A DNA stretch of 43,286 nt from Octopus bimaculoides (lineage: Eukaryota), in NCBI RefSeq assembly GCF_001194135.2, contig NC_069002.1:3621661-3664946 (forward strand), given 5' to 3'. The notes under the pieces were generated by a model. The model worked only from the letters and a program-made list of their open reading frames with translations. It made no database searches and had not been told where the DNA came from. A program made the position numbers and the translations under genes. Shown piece after piece: positions 21,927 to 33,830 of this stretch. Each line of letters begins with the position of its first letter. The stretch's first letter is position 1.

Positions 21927-22564
21927 ATGCTTATTCGTGTGTATGTATGTATATTTGTGTATGTAAGTATATGTGTATACACAAACGCAAATACACATAT
22001 ACAGTACATATATACACACAAATATACATACACAGACACATAAACACATAAAACATACACCAAAAAAATACATAAAGAAGCGATTCAACTAAAAAAAAAA
22101 ATTAAAAAGAAAGAAAGAAATTCTTTTAATGGAAATTACCAAAATAATACTTTCACTTTTCATGTACGGCTATCGAAAGATTGTCCCGATCTTAATTTTC
22201 ATGGAATATATCGCAGCTAATAAAATAAAATTGTACACAAATACATTTTTTTATTTTTTATTTGAGTATGTTTACATGTTTCATTGATCATATACATACA
22301 TACATATATATATATATAATGTCTAAATGTGTATTTATGTAATATTTGAATGGTTTTTTTTCGTGTTTGCGTATATATTATATACTATTTGAGAGTATGT
22401 ATGTCTCTTTATATATTTGAATGTATTCAATGTTCTGGGCGTACATTTTTATATTGTTCGAGCGTGTGTTTATATTTCAGTGTATATAACAGCTTATATA
22501 ACAGACTCTAATATAACGGTAACCTTTTTCGAGAAGCGAGTCGCATGAGACACATGGTCCATCA

Positions 22565-22660
22565 TCAGGTGGGCCGCACACCTAAAAAAATTTCAAGGTA
22601 ATTTTTCGTTAGGTGTGCCGTTCAGAAAATCCCGCGGGCTGCAGTTTGTCCATGATTTTA
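22565..22660 (-). mobile_element. hAT-like terminal fragment
   Basis: cgcgggctgcagtttgtccatg resembles the reverse complement of hAT ends (GGGCAAACTGCGGCCCGCGGG); internal 10-bp inverted repeat gcacacctaa/ttaggtgtgc. Confidence 0.35.
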
Positions 22661-22947
22661 TTAGATCGTGTCCAGTGTATGCGGCTTTGTGTGTTTTGGC
22701 TGGTGCGTCGGGTTCTTGAGCAAAACACTTCGTCTCACTTCGCTCTGAGATCACTTCGACACCAGACACGTGGTACACCGGGTCCCTGTTCAGGCAACGT
22801 CGATTTGATGGCAGGAGTGAACCATTTGGTCACTAGAAACAAGCCAATTTGTGCAGGTCATTCGGCAACAGCTGAACATTCATACGTTAAATTTGACGGG
22901 TGAGTCCATCATACACACTTGAGATGTGTATCCGTAGGTATGTGGGC

Positions 22948-23145
22948 GCATCATCATCGTCATTTAACGTCTGCTTTCCATGCTGGCATGGGTTGGACGG
23001 TTTGAGTGAGGACTGGCAAGCCAGGAGCCTGCACCAGGCTCCAGTCTGGTCTGGCAAGGTTTCTACAGCTGGATGCTCTTCCTAACACCCTTCCCAACCA
23101 CTCCAAGAGTGCAGTGGGTGCTTTTTACGTGCCAAACACATGTAG
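22948..23145 (-). mobile_element. Family C retroposon 3' end
   Basis: catcatcatcgtcatttaacgtctgctttccatgctggcatgggttggacggttt...; collinear with 33500-33715. Confidence 0.85.
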
Positions 23146-23149
23146 ACGT

Positions 23150-23440
23150 GGGGGCTCGTGGTTTGGGTGTTGCACACATGATCATAAGATTGTGGTTTCA
23201 ATCCCTGAACTGGGCAATGCGTTGTTTTTCTTGAGCAAAACACTTCATTTCACGTTGCTCCAGTCCACTCAGCTGTGAACGGGTAACCTTGAGATAGATG
23301 GGCACTTCGTTCAAGGAGATTGTTGGCCAGCGTGTTCAACCAGGGTATGGGGTGGCATCATTCAAAAGCCACAACAATGCAAGGAAGTGCATTGTGACCA
23401 GCGGTGTACAACAACATCAGACACACAGTTTCTACCAAAT
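23150..23440 (+). mobile_element. tRNA-derived SINE family D
   Basis: gtggtttgggtgttgcac...ggtttcaatccc head, then cttgagcaaaacacttcatttcacgttgctccagtccactcagctg. Confidence 0.7.
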
Positions 23441-23449
23441 TCACTCACA

Positions 23450-23575
23450 CTACATTGGTCTGTCTGGGCTGTAATAGAAGACAATTGCCTAATGAGCTAT
23501 GCAGTGAGACTGAACCCCAAACGACATGATTGCAATACAAACTTTTTAACTGCACAGCCAACACATCTATTCACC
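23450..23575 (-). mobile_element. SINE family A head/body, diverged
   Basis: ctaccaaattcactcac...aatagaagacaattgcc...gactgaacccc...cacagcc is the reverse complement of the family A head. Confidence 0.7.
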
Positions 23576-23786
23576 CATAGCTTCCAAATGAATTTTCTAG
23601 TAACTATCTGGAAGTTAAAATATATCTCATAAAGTTAGAAAATATATCCTCTGTAGTGTTTTATGATTCAATAATCAATATGGTCTGTTTTCTTTTTTTC
23701 TCTTGTGAAAGAAATGTGAATGACACAGTTCTCTATTATGTCACTTTTATTTTGTACCTGATGTTGTCAAGGATGTCTTTCTCACA

Positions 23787-23945
23787 TAAGACGGGGGTGC
23801 TGAAAAGTTGCTGGCTCTGGGTAAAAGAAAATTACAAGAGGATCAGTTAATTATGATTTTATACAACAAATTCCTCTCTCAGATTCACACACTTATTGCA
23901 GGGGTCCTTCAGGTTTTCTGAACCCTGTAAAAGAACTTGTAAAAG
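23787..23945 (+). mobile_element. Mariner-type MITE, partial copy
   Basis: gggggtgctgaaaagttgctggc end plus a body (gattcacacacttattgcag.ggtccttcag) shared with 37551-37740. Confidence 0.65.
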
Positions 23946-24318
23946 TATATCATGTGTGTGTATGCATGTTATGTATTGTGTATGTTGTTAGCATGTGTTT
24001 GTGTGTGTGTTGTATGTATGTCTAAATTGTGTATGTTGTGTATGTCATATATTATGTATGCACACGCACACACACACACACACATGCATGCATGCATATA
24101 TATACACTCACATACAATATGCACAAACACACACATACACACATAGTGTATATGTTGTGCATATGCGCGTGAGCATGACAATTTGTGCTGACGTCAGCAG
24201 CAACTACAACAATGGTGGTTCATATGCTGTGTAGGCGGACGTCCATCCTACACATATTTTTAGGTGTTGCTGGGACACATATTCCTGGCAAATGTGGGTG
24301 TTATTGACAGGCTAATGG

Positions 24319-24357
<39 letters not shown>

Positions 24358-25093
24358 TAGCATCAATGAAAGAGGGAAAGAGAGAGGAGGGAGGGAGAAG
24401 CTGACAAGGGATTCATCGTTTGGTTACATGTTTATGCTGTATGTACATGTTATTGGACAGATTGATAATGATGGTGATGATGGTGATGGTGATGGTGATG
24501 AAGATGGTGATGGTGGTGGTGGTGGTGGTGGTGGTGGTGACAACAGAGAGAGAGAGATTGTGCAGGATTTGTCTCTTGGACATGTGATTCTAGTGTATGT
24601 GGGTGTTATAGGACAAACTAATTACGATGATGATGATGGTGCTGGCAGGAACAGTGGCCGCGGTGGTGGTGGTGGTGGTGTGAGAAGAAGTTGGGACATG
24701 TTGTTGCTATATTTTAAATTTTAAATTTTTTTCAGTTCCAGTCCATTCCAAATGTAACCATCATCGTTCCACCTTCTAAACAGATACTATCTATGTATTT
24801 AAGACATTGATGGAAATTGGTTTTAGGTATTAGGGATACATTAAGCTCTGTGAGGTTGAAGTCGGAAGGACCAGGGTAGGTTGGACACCCTGAGTGTCCC
24901 CACTCTCGTAGCATAGGCTCATAAGGGATCACTGAGCCCCTTGCTTGCATCTCCATTTCCATCACTGATCAAAGACCACATCATCCAATGCGTTCTTTCA
25001 GGTATGACTGTGTGGTTTTGAGTTCAATTACATTGCGTGGCACAACAGGGAAGTGTCTTCTGGGCTGATCAAAGTCTTGTGACCATGGTTGAC

Positions 25094-25336
25094 GGAGAGA
25101 ACATGCTGAGGCCTTCATTCTGCAGTGGATTGAATATGGGCAATTCAGTCCGTAAGTTTAGGCTGACAGTTGATTTTCGTCAGGCTCATCAAACCAGTAT
25201 GATCTCAGGCTCAAATTCATAACCTCCATAACAGACCCTAGTTAATGGAGAGAACATGCTGAGGCCTTCATCCTGCAGTGAATTGAATATGGGCAATCCA
25301 GTCCGTAAGTTTAGGCTGACAGTTGATTTTCGTCAG
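25094..25336 (+). repeat. 90-bp direct repeat, two copies (25094-25183 and 25247-25336)
   Basis: ggagagaacatgctgaggcc...gttgattttcgtcag twice, 3 mismatches, 63-bp spacer. Confidence 0.95.
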
Positions 25337-25689
25337 TTTAGTAATGATTTATAGACAAAGCAGAGAGAATGCTAATATTATTGTGTTTGTCCTAGATACC
25401 GTAGTAATGTTATCGGTGTTGGTAGCCTCTTCACATTCTAAAAATACAATTACTTTGTTCTCTTTCTTATCTCAATGGATCACCATTGAAACCACTTCGT
25501 TCGTTGCTCCAGGATTTGCTATTAAAATATTTTACGACTGGGTGTGTGCATGTGTGGTTGTTGGTGGGAGGAAGGGGTTCCATTGCGATGGCAGAAGTAG
25601 AGCTCATAGTTTGTTGTTGTTGGTAATCTCAATAATGTGGTAAAGCAAGTGCTGTGAATGCGAGTGTAATCTTCTTTGTTTTTCTTTTT

Positions 25690-25890
25690 TACATTTTACT
25701 TGTTTTGGTCACTGGAGCGTGACCATGCTGGAGCACCGCCCTGAAAAGTTTAATCAAACAAATCGATCCCAGTACATAATAATTTTTTACTTATTCTGTT
25801 GGTCTCTTTTGCCAAACTGCTAATTTACAAGGGCGTAAATAAACCAACACCAGTTGTTGAGTGGTGGTGGTGGTGGTGGTGGGAGACAAA
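25690..25890 (-). mobile_element. SINE family A, 3' half
   Basis: ttttacttgttttggtca...ccatgctggagcaccgcc...cttattctgttggtctcttttgccaaactgctaa. Confidence 0.75.
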
Positions 25891-26064
25891 CAAGAGACAG
25901 GGGTTTGAGTCCCAAGGGCATCCTTCAACTTTTCGATCCAAAAGGTTTCTTAACCCAATATTTACATGCTACTATTTATAGCTTTATCTGCTTCGAGATC
26001 CACCATTCCCAAAAACAAACAAAAAAAGGAAAATATTTCACTTTCTCTCAAAGTTTATTGGTGG

Positions 26065-26205
26065 TCCGGTAAGAGAGAGACCGATAGAATAAGTATTAGG
26101 CTTACAAAGAATAAGTCCTGGGGTCAATTTCTTCAACTGAAATCCTTTGAGGCAGTGCTCCAGCATGGCCACAGTCAAATGATTGAAACAAGTAAAAGAA
26201 TAAGA
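26065..26205 (+). mobile_element. SINE family A, 3' part
   Basis: gagaccgatagaataagtattaggcttacaaagaataagtcctggggtcaattt...ctccagcatggccacagtcaaatg. Confidence 0.8.
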
Positions 26206-27084
26206 AAAAAGCCGTCCATTTGTAAGTAATTTTCTCGGAATATTCTAAATATTGAACTTTCTGTCTGTCAAGGTTACACTGAGATCACACAGTGACCCTG
26301 CTACTACTCTGACTACACCACCGCCAATGACAATGACACTAATAATTAACACAATGACACTTCGTTGTGAATAATTATATTTTTTTTTCTCAGAAAATAC
26401 TCTCATGTCAATGTCCTTATCTCCTAATGTTGTTTGTTGTTGAAAAAATTGTCATTTCCCCAGCAGATTATTCTAAATTACATCATCAGTACCACCTGGG
26501 GCTGTGGTACGAGGAAACTGTAATGCAGAGAATAAAATACTGTTCACCTACCTCTCGTTGTTGGTTGTCCAGCTGCATTATGTCCAAACGCGTGCCCTCC
26601 CATCTCATCTAATGTTCACAGCTGCTACTACCAATGTCTGCTAGCTTGCTCCACTCACGTCCATTCACCATGACTGCCCTAGGCCGAAAGAGGACAACCC
26701 TGGGCTTGCTTCCCTCACTTCCTCTCTCCCCCTTCATGTTCTGGTGGTGCCCCTTGTCTGTTGATGTCACAGCCCCTTCCTTGCAGTTCATCTCATCTCC
26801 ACAGGGCCTATTAGGTGAAAGGGAACAGGTTCAATAGGTACATCGATCATGAATCCAGAGGATTCAGGAGGACACTGACCATTTGCCAAACCCTTCCTTA
26901 ACCCTCTGCCAGTCCTGTGTATCACAAGACATATTTTGCTTGGCATCCACGCTCATATATACGATACATATTGTCCATTTTTTCAACCACTTGAATAACT
27001 TCGGACTTATAAAAGGAAACCTTTACATCATCATCATCATTGTTTAACATCCGCTTAGTGACCAAGACCTTTGGCAATATTCCG

Positions 27085-27340
27085 TGCTTTTGTAGACTTG
27101 TCGAGCTAAGTGAGACCGTAGTCACGGCCAATGCTGGTGTCAGGTCAATAACACCTGTGCCAGTGCCATGTAAAAAACGGCTGCTATACTCTCGGAATGG
27201 TTGATGTTAGGAAGGGCATCCAGCCGTAGAGACCTTGCCAAATCAGATCAGAACCTGGTGCAGCTCCCCAGCTTACCAGTTTGCAGTCAGACCGTCCAAC
27301 CCATGCCAGCATGGAAAGCAGACGTTAAACGATGATGATG
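27085..27340 (+). mobile_element. Family C retroposon with (GAT)n tail
   Basis: gagctaagtgagaccgtagtcacggcc...ttaggaagggcatccagccgtag...ccaacccatgccagcatggaaagcagacgttaaacgatgatgatg. Confidence 0.8.
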
Positions 27341-28098
27341 AGGACGAAGACCACGACATTCTCCTCTGAATGAGATGCCTGGCAGTTTCCGAGTGACTTA
27401 TTTACAGTTGAGTGGATTGAAGCAATGCACAACTCAGTGTGGGAATCGAAACCATGGTCTTGCAGGGATGGTCACAATTGGATTGTCTTTGATCAGGAAC
27501 TGAAACCATGATCTTGCAATTGTGGATGCAATACTCTAACCATTAGGCCACACATCCTGATATATCATAGTTTAAACAGCAGGATGATCACCTCACCCCT
27601 CTACAAACAAAAAAGTTGCTGGCCTTGTGTATACATACATACATGATGATGATGATGATGATATATACATATGCACAGAAGTATTAGATGTATACATATA
27701 CACACACATATATATATATATGTACCAGTAGAAACATGGGAGGTACTAAACTAAGCTTTCAATATGTTACCAACATATTTCTATATATTGCTGCTTGCCA
27801 AGAAGTTCCATAAACAGCGGGGGAGTGGCCAGCACTGAAGAATCTATACAATAAAACAACAGTTATATAGTTATATTTAGATATTCTGCCTTATGCTTTT
27901 CCTGTCTCCATCACCTAATTTTAATCAATAATTTACTATATATATATCCTGACCTAGTTTTGTTTTTCTGCCATTTCACTTCACTTTTTGCCTTTAATGC
28001 CCTTGAGAAAGGAGCACCATAATCACAATACTTCAGCGTCTCTCCTCCCTTATAAATCTGTGGCCCCTTTTGTTAAAATTTATAATTTTGTATGACTT

Positions 28099-28512
28099 AG
28101 GCATAGGAGTGGCTGTGTGGTAAGTAGCTTGCTTACCAATCACATGGTTCTGGGTTCAGTCCCACTGCATGGCTCCGTGGGCAAGTGTCTTCTACTATAG
28201 CCTCGGGCCGACCTAAGCCTTGTGAGTGGATATGGTAGATGGAAACTGAAAGAAGCCTGTCATATATTTATATATGTATATGTATGTGTGTGTATATGTT
28301 TGTGTGTGTGTGTGTGTGTTTGTCCCTCAACATCGCTTGACAACCGATGCTGGTGTGTTTACATCCCCGTAACTTAGCAGTTTGGCTAAAAAGACCAATA
28401 GAATAAGCACTAGGCTTACAAAGAATAAGCCCTGGGGTCAATTTGCTTGACTAAAGGCGGTGCTCCAGCATGGCCGCAGTCAAATGACTGAAACAAGTAA
28501 AAGAATAAAAGA
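28099..28512 (+). mobile_element. tRNA-derived SINE family A, full length (best-preserved copy)
   Basis: A-box-like tggctgtgtggt, B-box-like ggttcagtccc, accttgggcaagt-type central segment, (TG)n, 3' domain and aaaag tail; shared with more than 10 copies in the window. Confidence 0.93.
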
Positions 28513-28525
28513 ATCAGAGAATATA

Positions 28526-28910
28526 CTAGCTGAGTATCCTGTTGTTGCCAGGCAATTTTTCACAATAAAATACCTTGGCAGATTTTTGGAATAGCATGCC
28601 TTCATAAGTTGAATTTTCTCTGTTTTGATGGGAGTTTTTCAAATTTTTTTCCCATTACAAAGGATGATGTTGTCTGTATATGCAGAGCTGAAACATTAAT
28701 ATAACCATGCTGTCCTCATGATCTGAAGCAGCTAGACTTCTATATCTGCATTGATTTTTAACTGAGCAATTGTATTGTGCAATGTATAGCATGAATATTA
28801 ATGCTGACATGTAAGAAATTTATTCTACACTGAAATTGTTTTACATGATGAAGGCTGAGAAATGGCCATAATCCTATGGGTATCAAGGGATTAATAAATA
28901 CATTCACCTC
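28526..28910 (-). mobile_element. Probable non-autonomous Helitron
   Basis: Plus strand a|ctagctgagtatcctgttgttgccagg mirrors a|ctagcagtataacccgacgttgtccggg at 10611: CTAG end, T target and cctg/cagg hairpin. The distal (5') boundary is uncertain. Confidence 0.5.
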
Positions 28911-29105
28911 TCATACCTCCTCACTTTTTATAGTCTATGTACTTCTGTCTCTGTCTGCCTGTCTGTCTGTCTTGATTGATAGATAGATAGATAGATAGAT
29001 AGATGGATGGATGGATAGACAGATAGATAAACAGACGGACGAACAGACAGGCAGACAGACAGACAGATAGATAACATCCGTTTTCCATATTGGCATGGGT
29101 TAGAT

Positions 29106-29443
29106 CAGGGGTTCTCAACCATTTTTTTTTCTGTGGACCACTTTTTATTACTATTTTATTCTAGTGGATCCCAACAGTCATTCGATGCTTAAAAACTAGT
29201 GTTGTAGAAGCTTCTTTTAAAATTCCTGTTTTGCTTTGCACACATAAACTGATGTAAGTTGAACTACGTAAAAATGTTAGAGAAAGAAACCCAGCTGTTT
29301 CGTACAATACATAACCAATACGAGATACATCTAACACAACATTTTTTTCAGGGGCCCTTAAAATACCATTGTGGATCCCCAATTTAATATTTTGTTGTGT
29401 GGACCTTCAAAGATCTCATATGGACCCTAGTTGAGAATCACTG
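29106..29443 (+). mobile_element. hAT-family MITE, 338 bp, with 8-bp TSD
   Basis: TIRs caggggttctcaac / gttgagaatcactg (12 of 14 match); flanks ggttagat and ggtcagat (7 of 8); interrupts a family C tail (ttttccatattggcatgggttagat...atggtttga). Confidence 0.88.
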
Positions 29444-30595
29444 GGTCAGATGGTTTGATAATATCCAACCTATGAGATCCTGTCAGCAACCATAATGAAA
29501 ATGATCGTGATACACAGATATAGAGGAAGGTGTCCAGTTGAAACACATCTCAAAAGAATTACTCGTTAGGGGGGGGACATTAAATTTGAAATGTCCCTCT
29601 TATATGCTGATAGAGCATATTGCAATGTCAAGCAAACAAAAAACTGAAAGGAAACAAACATAAAAATCAACAATTGTAAGCTTTTTTGCCTATCACACAT
29701 TAAAACAGAAGCAGAAGCGTGATGGTTGTACAAAATATTTTCTTTTTTGTTCCCTCCTGACCAAAATGCTACCATCAAATAAAATGTCTGCTGTTCCTGA
29801 TTGATATAATTATATAATGCTACTTAAGAAGATTATAAGCTCTATATGTGTACACGTGTCGATTAATGAGTGTTTATGACTGCTTAGGACGCCATTTCAT
29901 ATCTGTGTATGCGTGTGCAAGTGATGGAATGATTTTAATCTGCATTTTGTTGAAGAATGTGTATGTTTTTGAATGCAAGTATGTATCTGGTCATATGTGT
30001 GTGTGTGTGTGTGTGTATATATACATATACACACATATCTGAGGGTATTAGGCTATTTCATTATTTGGGGTGGGTGTATTGTAGTGTGTGAATAGCAATA
30101 TAAAAATGTATATATATAATTATGAATATATGTGTGTGTGCTCTTTTAGTGTTTTGTTTGGTTCGTGTCTAGAAATTTTTTTTCATGTCTATTCATTAAA
30201 AACCAATTACCCAAAACTAAACATCATCTCTCAACCTTCCCTCTTTCTCTCTTTTATGTTTGTATGTGTGTGCATACATGTGCATATATATATGTGCATA
30301 TATATGTATATATATATATGTGTGTGTATGTGTACACACACACACACACATATACACAGATGCCACTATTTTTCTCTTTCCTCTCTTCATCTTTTCCTCT
30401 ATAATTCCCATCTCTCGCTCTCCTCTTCATCAACCTAATTATCACCTCTCACCTTCCTTACCGCCCTTCCCCCCCTCTCTCTAATTCACCCCTCTTACTG
30501 CACCCTGCTCTCATTCTCACCTCTCTTATACCACACACGCCATTTAATTAATAGAAACTGTTAATCAGTCCGGAACATCGAACTTTCCTCTTCAG

Positions 30596-30643
30596 CGATA
30601 ATTAATATTTGTCAAGCTGCGGATAAGAATGATATTGTTTCTG
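30596..30643 (+). other. Candidate 48-nt frame-preserving mini-exon
   Basis: aactttcctcttcAG acceptor, CTG|GTAAAA donor; only the phase-1 frame is open: IINICQAADKNDIVS. Sits in an island of unique sequence. Confidence 0.3.
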
Positions 30644-31129
30644 GTAAAAGAAAGAAATATTTCTCTCCTTGTTCTTTGAAATTCATTCAAGTATGTGTAT
30701 AAATATGTGTGTGTATGTGTATTAGTATTTGTTTATATGTGTGTATACATACACACATACATACATTTTTCTTTGAAATTTATCTAAGTTCTTTGTAGAA
30801 TGCAACCCAATCACTAACAAAATGGCTATGCTTTTTTTTTTTTTGTTTCAATCAAGAAAATTCCAGCGATTTGTATGAGAGAGTTAGTGTGTCTATGTAA
30901 GATTATGTGTGGATATCCTTGCCTGTTTAACATGTGTGTACATATCTCTTTTGTACCATATTGGTGCGTATGCCATCTACCCACACACATATGGTTGTGT
31001 GTATATGTTTGTTTGGGGAAATTCAAACAGAGGGTCTTTAGAAGGTTTAACAAATTTTTAGTGTCCCCTTCATTGTAATTTTGAAAATGTGAATCTGTTC
31101 ACGTCCATACACTTGTGACCAGGAGTATT

Positions 31130-31420
31130 ACGGGTTTGCTTGCTGCTGCTTCATGCTCTTGCTTGATGGGGCTGGGGTCATCCCAGCTTAGTGGACTAGG
31201 TCCACCAGTGCTCTTCATTGCTGGCGGCAGTCCCATGCCAGCCTCTCTGCTTCCCCCAAGGAGATGCCAAGCCTCTGGAGATCTTCCCCAATCACAGCCA
31301 GCCATTACGGGGCCTGCCATGAGACCTCTCCAGGCCTGCAGCTGCTGTGTCAAGCTGCTGTTGATGTGGGTGATGTCTTCCACCCTGGTATAATGCCACT
31401 GTTGATATTTTCTGTCCATA
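31130..31420 (-). mobile_element. Decayed non-LTR retrotransposon (RTE/L2-like) ORF2 C-terminus and tail
   Basis: GRPRNGW (31318-31298), frameshift, then VIGEDLQRLGISLGEAERLAWDCRQQ*RALVDLVH* (31295-31188); resembles the GRP..W...D.......A.DR..WR end of LINE ORF2. Followed by a gca/caag-like tail. Confidence 0.55.
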
Positions 31421-31549
31421 CCTTGAGGTTTGGAAGCAACCTTATCTCCTCTGTTTTATGGATCAGGTAGTTTAGTAACGATCTCCTGTTCCTGAATAAC
31501 AAAGACATGTCTAGGCAGGAAAGAGTAGACACACACACACACACACACA

Positions 31550-32047
31550 NNNNNNNNNNNNNNNNNNNNNNNNNNNNNNNNNNNNNNNNNNNNNNNNNNN
31601 NNNNNNNNNNNNNNNNNNNNNNNNNNNNNNNNNNNNNNNNNNNNNNNNNNNNNNNNNNNNNNNNNNNNNNNNNNNNNNNNNNNNNNNNNNNNNNNNNNNN
31701 NNNNNNNNNNNNNNNNNNNNNNNNNNNNNNNNNNNNNNNNNNNNNNNNNNNNNNNNNNNNNNNNNNNNNNNNNNNNNNNNNNNNNNNNNNNNNNNNNNNN
31801 NNNNNNNNNNNNNNNNNNNNNNNNNNNNNNNNNNNNNNNNNNNNNNNNNNNNNNNNNNNNNNNNNNNNNNNNNNNNNNNNNNNNNNNNNNNNNNNNNNNN
31901 NNNNNNNNNNNNNNNNNNNNNNNNNNNNNNNNNNNNNNNNNNNNNNNNNNNNNNNNNNNNNNNNNNNNNNNNNNNNNNNNNNNNNNNNNNNNNNNNNNNN
32001 NNNNNNNNNNNNNNNNNNNNNNNNNNNNNNNNNNNNNNNNNNNNNNN
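31550..32047. other. Assembly gap between (CA)n and (TG)n
   Basis: N run with opposite-strand dinucleotide flanks. Confidence 0.99.
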
Positions 32048-32106
<59 letters not shown>

Positions 32107-32199
32107 ATGTATGTCTATCAATATTTACTTCTCTGTGTGTGTCTGTCTGTCTCTCATGCATATATATGTGTGTGCATGTATATATACATATATATATAC

Positions 32200-32232
<33 letters not shown>

Positions 32233-32287
32233 CATGTGTGTATATATGCTAGCGTATGTGCAAATCTATATATGCATATTTTTTTAT

Positions 32288-32440
32288 CTTTTATTTATTT
32301 CAGTCATTAAAATTGTGGCCATGCTGGGGTGCCACCTTGAAGAGTTTTAGTCAAACATATTGATCCCAGAAATCGTTTTTATTTTTTAAAGTCTGGTACT
32401 TATTCTATCAGTCTCTTTTGCTGAACTGCTAAGTTATTAG
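32288..32440 (-). mobile_element. SINE family A, 3' part
   Basis: tttcagtcatt...ggccatgctggggtgccacc...gtacttattctatcagtctcttttgctgaactgctaagtta. Confidence 0.75.
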
Positions 32441-32446
32441 GAATAA

Positions 32447-32487
<41 letters not shown>

Positions 32488-33372
32488 NNNNNNNNNNNNN
32501 NNNNNNNNNNNNNNNNNNNNNNNNNNNNNNNNNNNNNNNNNNNNNNNNNNNNNNNNNNNNNNNNNNNNNNNNNNNNNNNNNNNNNNNNNNNNNNNNNNNN
32601 NNNNNNNNNNNNNNNNNNNNNNNNNNNNNNNNNNNNNNNNNNNNNNNNNNNNNNNNNNNNNNNNNNNNNNNNNNNNNNNNNNNNNNNNNNNNNNNNNNNN
32701 NNNNNNNNNNNNNNNNNNNNNNNNNNNNNNNNNNNNNNNNNNNNNNNNNNNNNNNNNNNNNNNNNNNNNNNNNNNNNNNNNNNNNNNNNNNNNNNNNNNN
32801 NNNNNNNNNNNNNNNNNNNNNNNNNNNNNNNNNNNNNNNNNNNNNNNNNNNNNNNNNNNNNNNNNNNNNNNNNNNNNNNNNNNNNNNNNNNNNNNNNNNN
32901 NNNNNNNNNNNNNNNNNNNNNNNNNNNNNNNNNNNNNNNNNNNNNNNNNNNNNNNNNNNNNNNNNNNNNNNNNNNNNNNNNNNNNNNNNNNNNNNNNNNN
33001 NNNNNNNNNNNNNNNNNNNNNNNNNNNNNNNNNNNNNNNNNNNNNNNNNNNNNNNNNNNNNNNNNNNNNNNNNNNNNNNNNNNNNNNNNNNNNNNNNNNN
33101 NNNNNNNNNNNNNNNNNNNNNNNNNNNNNNNNNNNNNNNNNNNNNNNNNNNNNNNNNNNNNNNNNNNNNNNNNNNNNNNNNNNNNNNNNNNNNNNNNNNN
33201 NNNNNNNNNNNNNNNNNNNNNNNNNNNNNNNNNNNNNNNNNNNNNNNNNNNNNNNNNNNNNNNNNNNNNNNNNNNNNNNNNNNNNNNNNNNNNNNNNNNN
33301 NNNNNNNNNNNNNNNNNNNNNNNNNNNNNNNNNNNNNNNNNNNNNNNNNNNNNNNNNNNNNNNNNNNNNNNN
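32488..33372. other. Assembly gap
   Basis: N run after (AT)n. Confidence 0.99.
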
Positions 33373-33463
33373 AGACAGTGGTGTGTAGTCCTAGGTCAGC
33401 AAGATCAAATGGATATAGAACCAAAGGCATTCCACTATGAATACATTTGATACAGTATTCCTA

Positions 33464-33499
<36 letters not shown>

Positions 33500-33502
<3 letters not shown>

Positions 33503-33715
33503 CATCATCATCATCATCATCGTTTAACGTCTGCTTTCCATGCTGGCATGGGTTGGACGGTTTGACTGAGGACTGGTGAGCCAGATGGCTACACCAGGCT
33601 CCAATCTGATCTGGCAGAGTTTCTACAGCTGGATGCCCTTCCTAACGCCAATCACTCAGAGAGTGTAGTGGGTGCTTTTATGTGCCACCGGCACGAGGGC
33701 CAGTCAGGCAGTACT
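33500..33715 (-). mobile_element. Family C retroposon 3' end
   Basis: (cat)n cgtttaacgtctgctttccatgctggcatgggttggacggtttgactgaggactgg...ggatgcccttcctaacgcc. Confidence 0.87.
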
Positions 33716-33716
33716 G

Positions 33717-33830
33717 CAGAGCAACGCGAGATGAAGTGTTTTTCTCAAGAACACAATGCACCACCCGGGCTAGGAAGTGAAACCATGATCTCAGAATCGT
33801 GAGTGCAACACCCTAACCACCAAGCCATGT
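33717..33830 (-). mobile_element. SINE family D head
   Basis: gagcaacgcgagatgaagtgtttttctcaag...gaaaccatgatctc...gtgcaacaccctaaccac is the reverse complement of the 23150 type. Confidence 0.7.

Noticed and set aside
24732-24965. 77-aa ORF in a GC-richer island
   Set aside because: No recognisable motif in any frame and no convincing splice pair; possibly an old retroelement.
26545-26900. Minus-strand exon ending at GAG|GTAGGT (~26551)
   Set aside because: The donor is good, but all frames hit stops within about 20 codons upstream and no clear acceptor or family similarity was found.
28110-28130. GTG|GTAAGT donor sites
   Set aside because: They are part of the SINE-A consensus and recur in several copies, so they are not evidence of exons.
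28099-28180. tRNA genes at SINE heads (also 39175, 23150)
   Set aside because: Only A/B-box-like motifs; no complete cloverleaf, and each continues into a SINE body.
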